Source of the DNA: Enterobacterales bacterium
GTDB taxonomy: Bacteria > Pseudomonadota > Gammaproteobacteria > Enterobacterales > GCA-002770795
Reading direction: 5' to 3'
Assembly (NCBI GenBank): GCA_041556195.1
Contig: JBFFIY010000001.1
Coordinates: 31,877-95,876 of the forward strand
Length of the DNA: 64,000 nt
Under the pieces are notes generated by a model that saw only the letters and a list, made by a program, of their open reading frames with translations, was not told the origin of the DNA and ran no database searches. Numbering within the stretch: the stretch's first letter is position 1; the number at the start of each line of letters is the position of its first letter. This document shows positions 40,893 to 51,000 of the stretch, piece by piece. Both the position numbers and the translations under genes were made by a program.

Positions 40893-42851
40893 ATGGAAAA
40901 CACGCTATTAGCAATCGTCTTGGCACCACTGTTTGGATCTATTCTTGCGGGGCTGCTGGGTAAACAAATCGGTCGTAGTGGCTCACATATGGTCACCATT
41001 CTGGGTGTCGGTATTGCCTTTGTCCTGTCTGTTATTGTGTTTAAACAGATCACCATGGACGGCGCAGAAATCTTTAATCAAACTATTTATACCTGGGCAC
41101 AAATCGGTGGACTAAATTTTGAAGTGGGATTTCTGATTGATAACCTTACCGCTATGATGATGGTGGTAGTAACCTTTGTTTCGCTTATGGTGCATATCTA
41201 TACCATTGGTTACATGAAAGATGATCCGGGTTATCAGCGTTTCTTCAGTTATATTGCCCTGTTTACCTTCTCAATGTTGATGTTGGTGATGTCTAATAAC
41301 TTCCTACAGTTATTCTTCGGTTGGGAAGCCGTTGGTCTGGTCTCTTATTTATTGATTGGTTTCTGGTACAAAAAGCCCACTGCCATCTACGCTAATCTGA
41401 AAGCATTTCTGGTGAATCGTGTTGGTGATTTTGGTTTCTTGCTTGGAATTGCCGGCGTGTTGGCTTTCTTTGGTACGCTGGATTACGCTTCTGTATTTGA
41501 AAAAGCACCAGAGCTTGCCGCTACTGGTGCAACCATGAATATCTGGGGTGATGCCAACTGGTCAGTACTCACGGTGATTTGTATTGGTTTATTTATTGGC
41601 GCAATGGGTAAATCTGCTCAGGTGCCGTTACATGTGTGGCTACCTGATTCAATGGAAGGTCCGACGCCTATATCTGCTCTGATCCACGCCGCAACCATGG
41701 TAACAGCTGGTGTGTTTATGGTGGCTCGTATGTCTCCTCTGTTTGAGCTATCTGAAGTTGCGTTGTCTATGGTGCTAATTGTTGGAGCTACCACCGCTTT
41801 ATTTATGGGATTTTTGGGTGTAGTTCAACATGACATTAAAAAAGTGGTGGCTTATTCCACTTTATCGCAACTGGGTTACATGGTTGTTGCACTAGGTGCT
41901 TCTGCTTATGCTGCTGGTGTATTTCATCTGATGACCCATGCATTTTTTAAAGCATTATTATTCCTGGCTGCAGGTTCTGTCATTATCGGTATGCATCATG
42001 AACAGGATATGCGCAAAATGGGTGGCCTACGTAAGTATATGCCTATTACCTATATCACCATGTTGCTAGGAACCCTGGCCTTGATTGGTACTCCGCTGTT
42101 TTCAGGTTTCTATTCAAAAGATATGATCATCGAAGCGGCTAAAGCCTCTCATATCTATGGTTCTGGTTATGCCTACTTCGCTGTTATTGCCAGTGTTTTT
42201 GTAACCACGCTATATAGTTTCAGATTATTGTTCCTGGTCTTTCATGGAAAAGAACGTTTTGACGAGCATACTCGCGATCACTTAAAAGAATCACCAGCGG
42301 TAGTCTGGGTACCATTAGTATTACTAGCCATTCCTTCAGTTGTCATAGGTGCTTATTATATTGAGCCTATGTTGTTTGGAGATTTCTTTAAAGGTGCTAT
42401 ACATGTTGATGCCTCTCATGATGTGTTGGCTGAGCTTTCACATCATTACCATGGCGCAGTGGCTATGGCTACTCATGCTTTAACGACTTTACCCTTTTAC
42501 CTGATGATTTCTGGCATTGTAGTTTCCTGGCTCTTCTATCTTAAAATGCCACATGTGCCAGCGAAAATTGTCGATAAAATTTCAGTGGTTTATACATTGC
42601 TAACTAATAAGTATTATTTCGATGACTTTAATCAAAAAGTGTTTGCTAATGGTGCGGTGCGTTTAGGTGGTGAATTATGGAAGTGGGGCGATTCTAAATT
42701 AATTGATGGTGTATTAGTTGATGGAAGTGCAGCAGCAGTTGGAACAATTGCAGGTTGGATGAGAAAGATTCAAACGGGCTATCTCTATCATTATGCCTTC
42801 TCAATGTTAATTGGTTTGATTGGTCTAATCGGCTGGTGGTATTGGAATTAA
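40893..42851 (+). CDS. nuoL: NADH-quinone oxidoreductase subunit L
   Basis: Antiporter-like subunit. FFGWEAVGLVSYLLIGFW, GKSAQVPLHVWLPDSMEGPTP. Confidence 0.94.
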   Translation: MENTLLAIVLAPLFGSILAGLLGKQIGRSGSHMVTILGVGIAFVLSVIVFKQITMDGAEIFNQTIYTWAQIGGLNFEVGFLIDNLTAMMMVVVTFVSLMVHIYTIGYMKDDPGYQRFFSYIALFTFSMLMLVMSNNFLQLFFGWEAVGLVSYLLIGFWYKKPTAIYANLKAFLVNRVGDFGFLLGIAGVLAFFGTLDYASVFEKAPELAATGATMNIWGDANWSVLTVICIGLFIGAMGKSAQVPLHVWLPDSMEGPTPISALIHAATMVTAGVFMVARMSPLFELSEVALSMVLIVGATTALFMGFLGVVQHDIKKVVAYSTLSQLGYMVVALGASAYAAGVFHLMTHAFFKALLFLAAGSVIIGMHHEQDMRKMGGLRKYMPITYITMLLGTLALIGTPLFSGFYSKDMIIEAAKASHIYGSGYAYFAVIASVFVTTLYSFRLLFLVFHGKERFDEHTRDHLKESPAVVWVPLVLLAIPSVVIGAYYIEPMLFGDFFKGAIHVDASHDVLAELSHHYHGAVAMATHALTTLPFYLMISGIVVSWLFYLKMPHVPAKIVDKISVVYTLLTNKYYFDDFNQKVFANGAVRLGGELWKWGDSKLIDGVLVDGSAAAVGTIAGWMRKIQTGYLYHYAFSMLIGLIGLIGWWYWN

Positions 42852-42982
42852 GAGTTAAGTTTAATAACGAACCGGATAATCCTATTTTGTCTGTGACAGC
42901 TAAATAGGAAGCAATATTAAAAAAACGAAAACCTAAAAGGTTTTCAATAACAGTTTTCAATAACAGTGTTGGAATAATAAAT

Positions 42983-44509
42983 ATGCCATTACTCAGTTTG
43001 TTAATTTGGGTCCCGATTTTAGGTGCAGTTGCTATGGTTGTCATGGCAGGTGAAAGAAATCCGGGTCTATCCAAAGTCTTGTCCCTGTTTATTGGGCTAG
43101 TTACCTTTGCGCTTTCTTTGTCGCTTTATTCAGGTTTTGATAGCAGTACAGCAGCAATGCAATTTACTGAAACTGCCGATTGGCTGCCGAGTTTGGGCAT
43201 TCAATATGCATTAGGTGTCGATGGGTTTTCACTGCCTCTTATCATGTTGACATCTCTGATTAATGTGATTGTCATTATCGCTGGTTGGAATGTAATAAAA
43301 GATCGCCCTTCGTTTTATATGGCCGCTTTTTTAGTGATGACCGGTTTGATGAATGGTGTGTTTGCTGCACTTGATGCCATTTTATTTTATGTGTTCTGGG
43401 AAGGCATGTTGATCCCAATGTTTTTGATTATCGGGATCTGGGGTGGACCAAGACGCATCTATGCCACCATTAAGTTTTTCCTTTATACCTTTTTGGGTTC
43501 CGTATTTATGCTTATCGCCCTCATCTACATGGGCATTCAGCAGGGTAACTTCTCTATCCTGGGCATGCATAACCTGCCATTGAGTCTGGAAGCACAAACT
43601 TATATATTTTTCGCCTTCCTGATTGCTTTTGCCGTAAAAGTACCTATGTTTCCAGTACATACATGGTTACCGGATGCGCACGTTGAAGCACCTACCGGTG
43701 GTTCAGTGGTACTGGCAGCTATTATGTTGAAAATGGGAACCTATGGTTTCATTCGTTTTTCACTGCCCATTACACCTGATGCTGCCATGGAATATAGCTG
43801 GTTTATCATTGCCCTATCGTTAATTGCAGTAGTTTATATTGGTTTGGTTGCACTGGCCCAAAAAGACATGAAAAAACTTATTGCATACTCATCCATTGCT
43901 CACATGGGTTTTGTGACCCTGGGTTTCTTCATTATTTTTGCCTTAATGAGCGATAATTCTACAGATGCTGCTCGTATGGCGATGCAGGGTGGGCTGTTTC
44001 AAATGATATCTCATGGTTTTATCTCAGCAGCAATGTTCTTGTGTGTTGGGGTGCTTTATGACCGAGTTCATTCACGAAATATTTATGATTATGGTGGTGT
44101 GGTAAATACTATGCCTAAATTCGCTGCATTTTTTATGCTGTTTGCAATGGCAAATGCAGGTCTTCCTGGTACATCCGGCTTTGTTGGTGAATTTTGGGTC
44201 ATACTTGCAGCCTATCAGGCAAACTTCTGGTATGCAGTACTTGCTGGAACAACCTTGATTGTTGGAGCAGCCTATACTCTCTGGATGTATAAAAGAGTAG
44301 TTTTTGGTGATGTGATTAATGACAATGTTGCTAAATTGGAAGATATCAGTGGAAGAGAGACTTTATTCTTAACTGTCTTGGCTGTTGTTACCCTTATATT
44401 TGGTCTCTGGCCTCAACCTCTGGTTGAAGTCATGCAGGCTTCTGTTGAACATCTTCTACAATGTGGAATTCAATCTAAACTGCCTGGAATAACTGGAGTG
44501 TGCCACTAA
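42983..44509 (+). CDS. nuoM: NADH-quinone oxidoreductase subunit M
   Basis: FAVKVPMFPVHTWLPDAHVEAPT, YSSIAHMGF. Confidence 0.94.
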   Translation: MPLLSLLIWVPILGAVAMVVMAGERNPGLSKVLSLFIGLVTFALSLSLYSGFDSSTAAMQFTETADWLPSLGIQYALGVDGFSLPLIMLTSLINVIVIIAGWNVIKDRPSFYMAAFLVMTGLMNGVFAALDAILFYVFWEGMLIPMFLIIGIWGGPRRIYATIKFFLYTFLGSVFMLIALIYMGIQQGNFSILGMHNLPLSLEAQTYIFFAFLIAFAVKVPMFPVHTWLPDAHVEAPTGGSVVLAAIMLKMGTYGFIRFSLPITPDAAMEYSWFIIALSLIAVVYIGLVALAQKDMKKLIAYSSIAHMGFVTLGFFIIFALMSDNSTDAARMAMQGGLFQMISHGFISAAMFLCVGVLYDRVHSRNIYDYGGVVNTMPKFAAFFMLFAMANAGLPGTSGFVGEFWVILAAYQANFWYAVLAGTTLIVGAAYTLWMYKRVVFGDVINDNVAKLEDISGRETLFLTVLAVVTLIFGLWPQPLVEVMQASVEHLLQCGIQSKLPGITGVCH

Positions 44510-45948
44510 TGTTTTTATCGCCGGATCTCACTCCGCTATCAGCGGAAATATTTATGCTGGTCATGGCCTGTGTGGTTATGATTGTTGATCTGTACTTTGC
44601 TGATGCTGAACACCGTCTTACTTATTGGATAACTCAATTATCATTAGTTGTTGCTATTTTTATATCTGTTGATCAGCTTTCAACAGAAACGGCAGTTCTT
44701 TTTGATGGCACTTATATCGTTGATTACTTGGCAGGGATCTTAAAGATAGGCATTTATGTATCGGCTATGATTGCCTTACTCTATGCTCGTGACTATATCG
44801 CTGAAAGGAAATTTTTGCGCGGTGAATACTACATGCTCGCATTGTTTGCCGTTTTGGGCATGATGGTAATGGTTTCGGCTCACAACTTATTGACTATCTA
44901 TCTGGGACTTGAACTATTGTCCCTGCCACTTTATGCCATGGTGGCGATGGAACGTAACAACGGCAATGCTGCAGAAGCAGCCATGAAATATTTTGTGATG
45001 GGAGCCATTGCTTCTGGTTTCCTACTTTATGGCATGTCTCTACTTTATGGTGCCACCCAAACCCTGGATATTGCTACTCTGTCACAAGCCGTTGCAAATG
45101 TTGGTGATAATCAATTAATGGTTAACTTCGCACTGATGTTTATTGTGGCAGGGCTGGCCTTTAAGTTAGGTGCTGTTCCTTTCCATATGTGGTTGCCAGA
45201 TGTTTATCATGGAGCGCCAACGGCAGTCACCCTGTTTATTGGTAGTGCACCAAAAATTGCCGCCTTTGGTATGGTTATTCGCCTGCTGGTTCAAGGTTTA
45301 GAGCCGCTGATAGAACAATGGCAAACACTGTTGATGATTATGGCAATTTTATCAATGGCAGTGGGTAACATAGTTGCCATTGCCCAGCTCAATTTAAAAA
45401 GAATGCTGGCCTATTCCACCATTGCTCATGTAGGCTATTTTCTAATGGGTATTATCTCTGGTACAGATGCAGGTTATGCCGCTTCAATGTATTACATCCT
45501 TATTTACGCATTGATGACACTGGCCAGTTTCGGAATGATTGTATTCTTATCAAGAGCAGGATTTGAATCAGACAATATTAGCGACTTTAAAGGATTAGCC
45601 AGGCGCAGTCCCTGGTATGCTGCAATGACACTGTTCACCATGATGTCACTCGCTGGTGTACCTCCATTCATTGGTTTCTGGCCTAAACTGGAAGTCATTA
45701 TGGCCGCAATCAACGGTGGTTTTTTGAATATGGCCATTTTCGCAGTAGTAATGTCACTTATAGGCGCATTTTATTACCTGAGAATAATCAAAGTTATGTA
45801 CTTTGAAGATGCAGAAGAAACCATGAAACCTATCGTAGTAGCATCCGATGTCCGTTTGTTAATGATAATGAATGGATTGGCGATGTTAGGCTTAGGGTTA
45901 GTACCTGGCTGGTTATTGCAATATTGTTTAACGGCATTTGGTGTTTAA
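44509..45948 (+). CDS. nuoN: NADH-quinone oxidoreductase subunit N
   Basis: GAVPFHMWLPDVYHGAPT, YSTIAHVGY. ATG 44509 (TAATG overlap, GGAG 10 nt upstream) is preferred to GTG 44500. Confidence 0.93.
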   Translation: MFLSPDLTPLSAEIFMLVMACVVMIVDLYFADAEHRLTYWITQLSLVVAIFISVDQLSTETAVLFDGTYIVDYLAGILKIGIYVSAMIALLYARDYIAERKFLRGEYYMLALFAVLGMMVMVSAHNLLTIYLGLELLSLPLYAMVAMERNNGNAAEAAMKYFVMGAIASGFLLYGMSLLYGATQTLDIATLSQAVANVGDNQLMVNFALMFIVAGLAFKLGAVPFHMWLPDVYHGAPTAVTLFIGSAPKIAAFGMVIRLLVQGLEPLIEQWQTLLMIMAILSMAVGNIVAIAQLNLKRMLAYSTIAHVGYFLMGIISGTDAGYAASMYYILIYALMTLASFGMIVFLSRAGFESDNISDFKGLARRSPWYAAMTLFTMMSLAGVPPFIGFWPKLEVIMAAINGGFLNMAIFAVVMSLIGAFYYLRIIKVMYFEDAEETMKPIVVASDVRLLMIMNGLAMLGLGLVPGWLLQYCLTAFGV

Positions 45949-45979
45949 ACTCAGAAAAACCATTTAAATTATAGAGTCA

Positions 45980-46007
45980 AAAAAACCGCATTTATTGCGG
46001 TTTTTTT
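45980..46007 (+). terminator. nuo operon terminator (copy 1 of a duplicated hairpin)
   Basis: aaaaaaccgca tttat tgcggttttttt. A near-identical sequence ccgcattcattgcggtttttta occurs at 59312-59335. Confidence 0.75.
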
Positions 46008-46103
46008 ATGCCAGTAAAAGTGTCTTAGTTTGTCATATATGTGCAGGGCTTTATTTTATACGATTACTTGAATATCTCCTAATGTATATATATACTTTTA
46101 GAT

Positions 46104-46376
46104 ATGTGGGAGATTTTAGAAAAGAAAACTGTAAAAAAAACACTTAGAAAAGCACCAAGGACGGTGCTTATCCGCTATGAGGCCTGGAAGAGAATTGTTG
46201 AACTAGAAGGTCCACAAGGGTTAAGGCTCATCAAAGGCTTTCACGATGAGTCACAGCAAGGTAACTGGAAGGGATTTCGGTCATCGCGCCCTGGGTTACA
46301 ATGGCGTGTGATTTATAAGGTAGCTAAGGGTGAATTACAAATATTTGTATTTGAGGTGAATCCGCATGAATATTAA
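46104..46376 (+). CDS. RelE/ParE-superfamily toxin (HigB-like gene order, toxin first)
   Basis: 90 aa. LKGFHDESQQGNWKGFRSSRPGLQWRVIYKV...IFVFEVNPHEY is typical of RelE-fold mRNA interferases. Overlaps the next gene by 11 nt. Confidence 0.7.
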   Translation: MWEILEKKTVKKTLRKAPRTVLIRYEAWKRIVELEGPQGLRLIKGFHDESQQGNWKGFRSSRPGLQWRVIYKVAKGELQIFVFEVNPHEY

Positions 46377-46623
46377 CGATTTTGAACCAGCAAAAGTTAA
46401 CGTTTCTATCACACCTGGCGAAATGTTAAAAACATTACGAGAACTTCAAGAGTTAACTCAAGATCAGTTAGCTCAGGCAACGGGTATTAGCCAGTCAAAC
46501 CTGTCTGGCATGGAAACTAACGCCAAAAGTATTGGTAGGGAACGCGCATTAATATTGGCCAAAGCACTCAAAGTACACCCTGCAGTGATACTTTTTCCTG
46601 ATTATCAGATCGAGGCGGCATGA
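46366..46623 (+). CDS. XRE-family HTH antitoxin (HigA-like)
   Basis: LTQDQLAQATGISQSNLSGMETN helix-turn-helix. 85 aa. Translationally overlapped with the toxin. Confidence 0.75.
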   Translation: MNINDFEPAKVNVSITPGEMLKTLRELQELTQDQLAQATGISQSNLSGMETNAKSIGRERALILAKALKVHPAVILFPDYQIEAA

Positions 46624-47234
46624 TGTCATTCTTTGTCTTCAACAAATATCTTGTCGGCACGGAAGTAGCTAACCTCAATTCGGAATAAGCCAGGCCGCTC
46701 AATACAGTGATTTTCGTACCTTTCTGCGTTAAGTTTATTCAAAATAGCCAGTTACCCCAAACATGGTAAGTTGGTAATATATTGATTTATATAGGTTGAA
46801 TTAAACTATGTCATGTCGAATTTTTAACTTTTTGTGTAGAAGAGAGCATAACTATTCAATAGATATTTAGGGTAAGTCTATGGCTGATCTCGGATTTTTG
46901 GATAATCGATAACTTAATGCAAGGTAGTTTGTTGAGTTGTCCAGAAGGTCGTTTATTGTACATTTGAGTTTTTAACGCTTATAGTGTTTATCCTCAGACT
47001 TCCTATTACAATGAGAGCACAAAGATTAAATTCCAATTTTTGATTTTGTTTGGAAAGGGAGTGTAATAGCAAGAACAGACAAACAAAACTGTTTGTTAGT
47101 CTTTAGTAAGTATAACTTGGGTTTGTGTTGGATTTACCAACAAGTCATTAGTTAATTGAGTTACACGAACTTATACTTTAAAGATATCTGGTTGAAGGGA
47201 TAGAGGAAAAAACAAGAATACTTCAAGGAAATTT

Positions 47235-47840
47235 ATGGAAATAACAGAAGATAAAAAAAATAACATTGAAATTGCTGAATTCATCAAACAAACAAAAAAT
47301 TTAGATTGGTCTAATCAGATTGATTCATTGAATACATTACATGATGAAACAATCAGATTGATTATGTATCAAATCGCTTACTATGATGGAATTCGCCAAA
47401 AGCATAAAAAATTGTCGAAGTGGCTACGGATAGGAATGCTCATTTTTGGCGCTTGTGGAATGATTTCACCCCTCGCTGAAGGAACACAGTTAAATTTTCT
47501 TTCCCCATATGGTTACATATTACTTGTAATTTCTGGCGTTTTTCTAACAGCAGACAAGCTGTTTGGTGGTACTTCAGGTCACATCAGATATTCAATGGTT
47601 TGGTTAAAACTTGAAAAACTTGTTGCATCAAGAAGTCTTAAATGGAATGAATTGATAAAAAACCATCAAAATTCCGCCGAAAAAAACCAGACAGAAAATA
47701 AAATGTTTCAGTTTATTGTTAAGACAATAGAAGAATTATACGCTCTTATTTTAAATGAAACATCCGAATGGGATCATGCCCTTACTTCGGCGATTGAGCA
47801 TGTTGGTAAACAGATAGGTTCTAAACAGAAGGAGATTTAG
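47235..47840 (+). CDS. SLATT-like two-TM effector/accessory protein (RdrD-like position)
   Basis: 201 aa: N-terminal helix, two adjacent TM helices (WLRIGMLIFGACGMISPLA; YGYILLVISGVFLTADKLFG), helical C-terminus. AAGGAA SD. Sits directly upstream of the ATPase/deaminase pair. Confidence 0.55.
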   Translation: MEITEDKKNNIEIAEFIKQTKNLDWSNQIDSLNTLHDETIRLIMYQIAYYDGIRQKHKKLSKWLRIGMLIFGACGMISPLAEGTQLNFLSPYGYILLVISGVFLTADKLFGGTSGHIRYSMVWLKLEKLVASRSLKWNELIKNHQNSAEKNQTENKMFQFIVKTIEELYALILNETSEWDHALTSAIEHVGKQIGSKQKEI

Positions 47841-48096
47841 TATCAGTTTTAATATTATTCTTTCTCTAATTTGGGCTCAAAAAGAGGCTTCAACAAAATA
47901 CTCGATAATTATTAATAATCTTTATCTGGTTCAGGATGACAACACTTTGAACCCCGCTGTTAAGAACAGAAATGGTTCTTTGTATTATCTGTATTGAGTT
48001 CAAAAATAAAAAAGATATAAATAAAAGATTTTTACTAGAAAGTAATGTTCAGCTACAAAAATACTTTAAATTTTATCGTATTAAAGGAGTTAGATT

Positions 48097-51000
48097 ATGG
48101 GAAATAATGCTAAAGGGCCTAAAATTGTTTTGGATCGCTCGCGTAGATCACGAGCATTTGGAGATGATGAACGATTATGGAAAGATGACCTCAAACGTTT
48201 GGTTGATATGATTAAGACCCATGTGGATAGTCTTGATAGTAAAGTCTCAGAAAAGAAAGATGAAATTACTGATGAAAAACCAACGTTAGCAATTGCCATT
48301 TTCAGCCCAGCAGGTTCCGGTAAGAGTAGTCTATTAAAAACTCTGGTTTACGAAGCTCAGAAAGAATTTAAAAATAAGCAAGAAAATTTAAAAAACGTCT
48401 CTTCACTCGACATTCTTCAACCTGCACGTTTTGGTGATAACGGTCAGTTGGTTTATGCAATGGTAGCAGCAGGTCTTAAAGCTCATAAAGAAAAACGCGG
48501 AGAAGATCTGGATTATGATGTTCTCACACCCCTTCTCAAGAAATACCGAGCTCTTTCAGACGATTTGCGTATCATTAGAGGAGATAAGATCTCTGATAAC
48601 CTGGAGTCGCATGAACTGACGACTGAAGTTGTTTTAAGACACACAAGTGGTCTGAATATCGGAAAAAAAATAGAAGCTTTTGTTAATGCCTTGGCCGATG
48701 ATTTAAATTCTGAAAGTAATAATAACTCAGTGGTTTTGCTACCAGTGGATGATTTGGATCTTGATCCTGAACAATTGATAAAGGGTCTGAGCCAGCTTCA
48801 AGCCTATTTGCGCCATCCACGATTAGTGCCCGTTTTTTGTTTTACTGATGGTTTGGCTGAGGATATTCTTTCAAACCATTATATTCAATCATTAAAGAGC
48901 GCAGATAGAAAACGCCGCAATAATGGACAAATGGAAGCAAGCGAGCAGTTGGCTATTCAATATTTATCCAAATGTTTTCCTGTTCGTACTCGCTTGAGAT
49001 TAGGGGCTGTTCCAGCGTCTTTACAAACGGGGCAACTCAAGAAGAACACTAGCGGGGAAGAGCAAGAACAAGTACTCCATCTATTATTGGCGGCCAGCTT
49101 TTTACTTTTTGGTGTGAGTGATCGTGAAGCTCGACACCCTGTTCGTGCTGTTCTTCGTCCATCAACAGTCCGCCGTCAGTTTCATATCATTGATTCGTTA
49201 GAACAAGCAGGAGTCAAGAAACTTATTTGTCAGCAGATAATAAAGTCATACGATTCAAACAGTCCATCTTATAATGAGCTCAAAAAATCTTTAAAGTTTA
49301 CACGAAAATATCCATGGGTAAATTATTTTGATCGGGCAGTTTGGGGGGTGTTAAATGTTCATCGAGACGTCATTCAGGAATACGGAATGCAAATGGAAGA
49401 TCTTTATAGCTGGTCCCCTTCAGCATTACGCCGTGTTCTTCTTGATGCCCTTCTTGAGCTACCAGATAAAATACAATTTGGACTCTGGCGTCGTTGGCGC
49501 AATATGACAGATAGTCGTCATAATCAGGTGATTTCTCTTTTAGCGGCTAATACTCACAGACCATGGTTAATAGGCGAACGACCCAGCGGAGAAGACTATA
49601 GCCAGCTCATGATTGCTAAACAGGAAAAAAACGGAGAGGATCCTAATAAAATTTATGGGACAATAGATGCTTATTTGGCATTGCTCTGGTTTGTGAATTT
49701 AACCTTGGGTTTTTATTTACCATTGAACCGTTCAGTTTTTCGGGAGTTGAGGGAATCAAAACACAACAAGGAACATTTGGGGGCAACAGGGTGGTCCCTC
49801 CATAACGCAGCCATCCAGGCAATTCAAACAGCAGATGAGGATCGCGAGTTTTTCCCCACAGGTATGCTGTTTCTTGACTCTATATCTTATGCGACGGCAT
49901 TGACAACAACACCCAGAATGAATGCTTGTTATATCTTAGATGGCGTTATTACAGAATGTGCTGAAGAAAAATTATCGCTTAAGAAAGCTAAGATTGAAAT
50001 TTTAAGTAGACGAACAAATGCATTGTTGGGAGAGTATAAAAAAAATCCTGCTGACGCGATAGCTTCTTTTACAAAAAAACTATCCTTGAAGACCAAGAAA
50101 ACAGATAAATGGCTTGAAGGTGTAATAGAAGAAGCACTTGAAGCATATAAAGTGGCTGCAGACTTTGAGATAAAAGGAAAATTAACTGAAGAAGAAGAAA
50201 AAACAGATAAAAAAGTTAATAAGAGTACTTCCTATAAGAAGATTGAAACACTTGTTGAGACTTATTTAAAAAAGCATGAGTACACCAAAGCTTATGGGTT
50301 TATAAAGGAAGAATTAGATGAGGATGGAGATATAACTAGTTCAGAAAAAGAAATAATCAAAAAAGAACTGATAGAACTTAAAACAAGAGTCACTAGCCTC
50401 AAAGCCACTGCAAGAATGGTTCACGATGATCAATTTTTATTAAGGGTATGGACATGTCATGGTTATAATCGAGGGCGGTTTTGGGCTGCGGTTTCATTAT
50501 GGCGAGGACTGGGTTTGATAGGAGAATTAATAGAGTCACATAGGAAGTGGCAATCTGAAAATTCTGATAAAAAAAAGAGCGATAAACAAGACGATTCTAC
50601 AACTGAAGGTTCAGATAAAAAAGCTACACCGGATGAAATAATGGTGAAAAACATCATTGGTATTTTACATTCCCACTCCTTGAAAGGTCTTGTTCCGGGT
50701 AAAGGTTTGAGCGAGCCGTCTAGTCGAAGAGACACTCTGGAGTTGGCATTTCCTCGTTGGAATACGAAAAATCAAAGAGATGCTATTTTGCGCCTTGCTG
50801 CCAGGTTAAAAAATTGGCTGGATAGTGCTTCAGAATTCAAAGTCGCTCCCTTACAACAAAATAGTCAGGAGAGTAAGTTGGACTGGGGTCAATGTTTTAT
50901 CCGCAGATTACAAGGTGAATATATTGCTGGATCGTTATGGCAGTGGTTGGATGTGGAGCATTTCGAATATCAGGGCGATCAATATAATAAAAATAGGCGT

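Noticed and set aside
47972-48211. 79-aa ORF overlapping the start of the RdrA-like gene
   Set aside because: It is out of frame with and overlapped by a gene that has a strong AAGGAG SD at 48097. Its composition is AT-rich and low-complexity.
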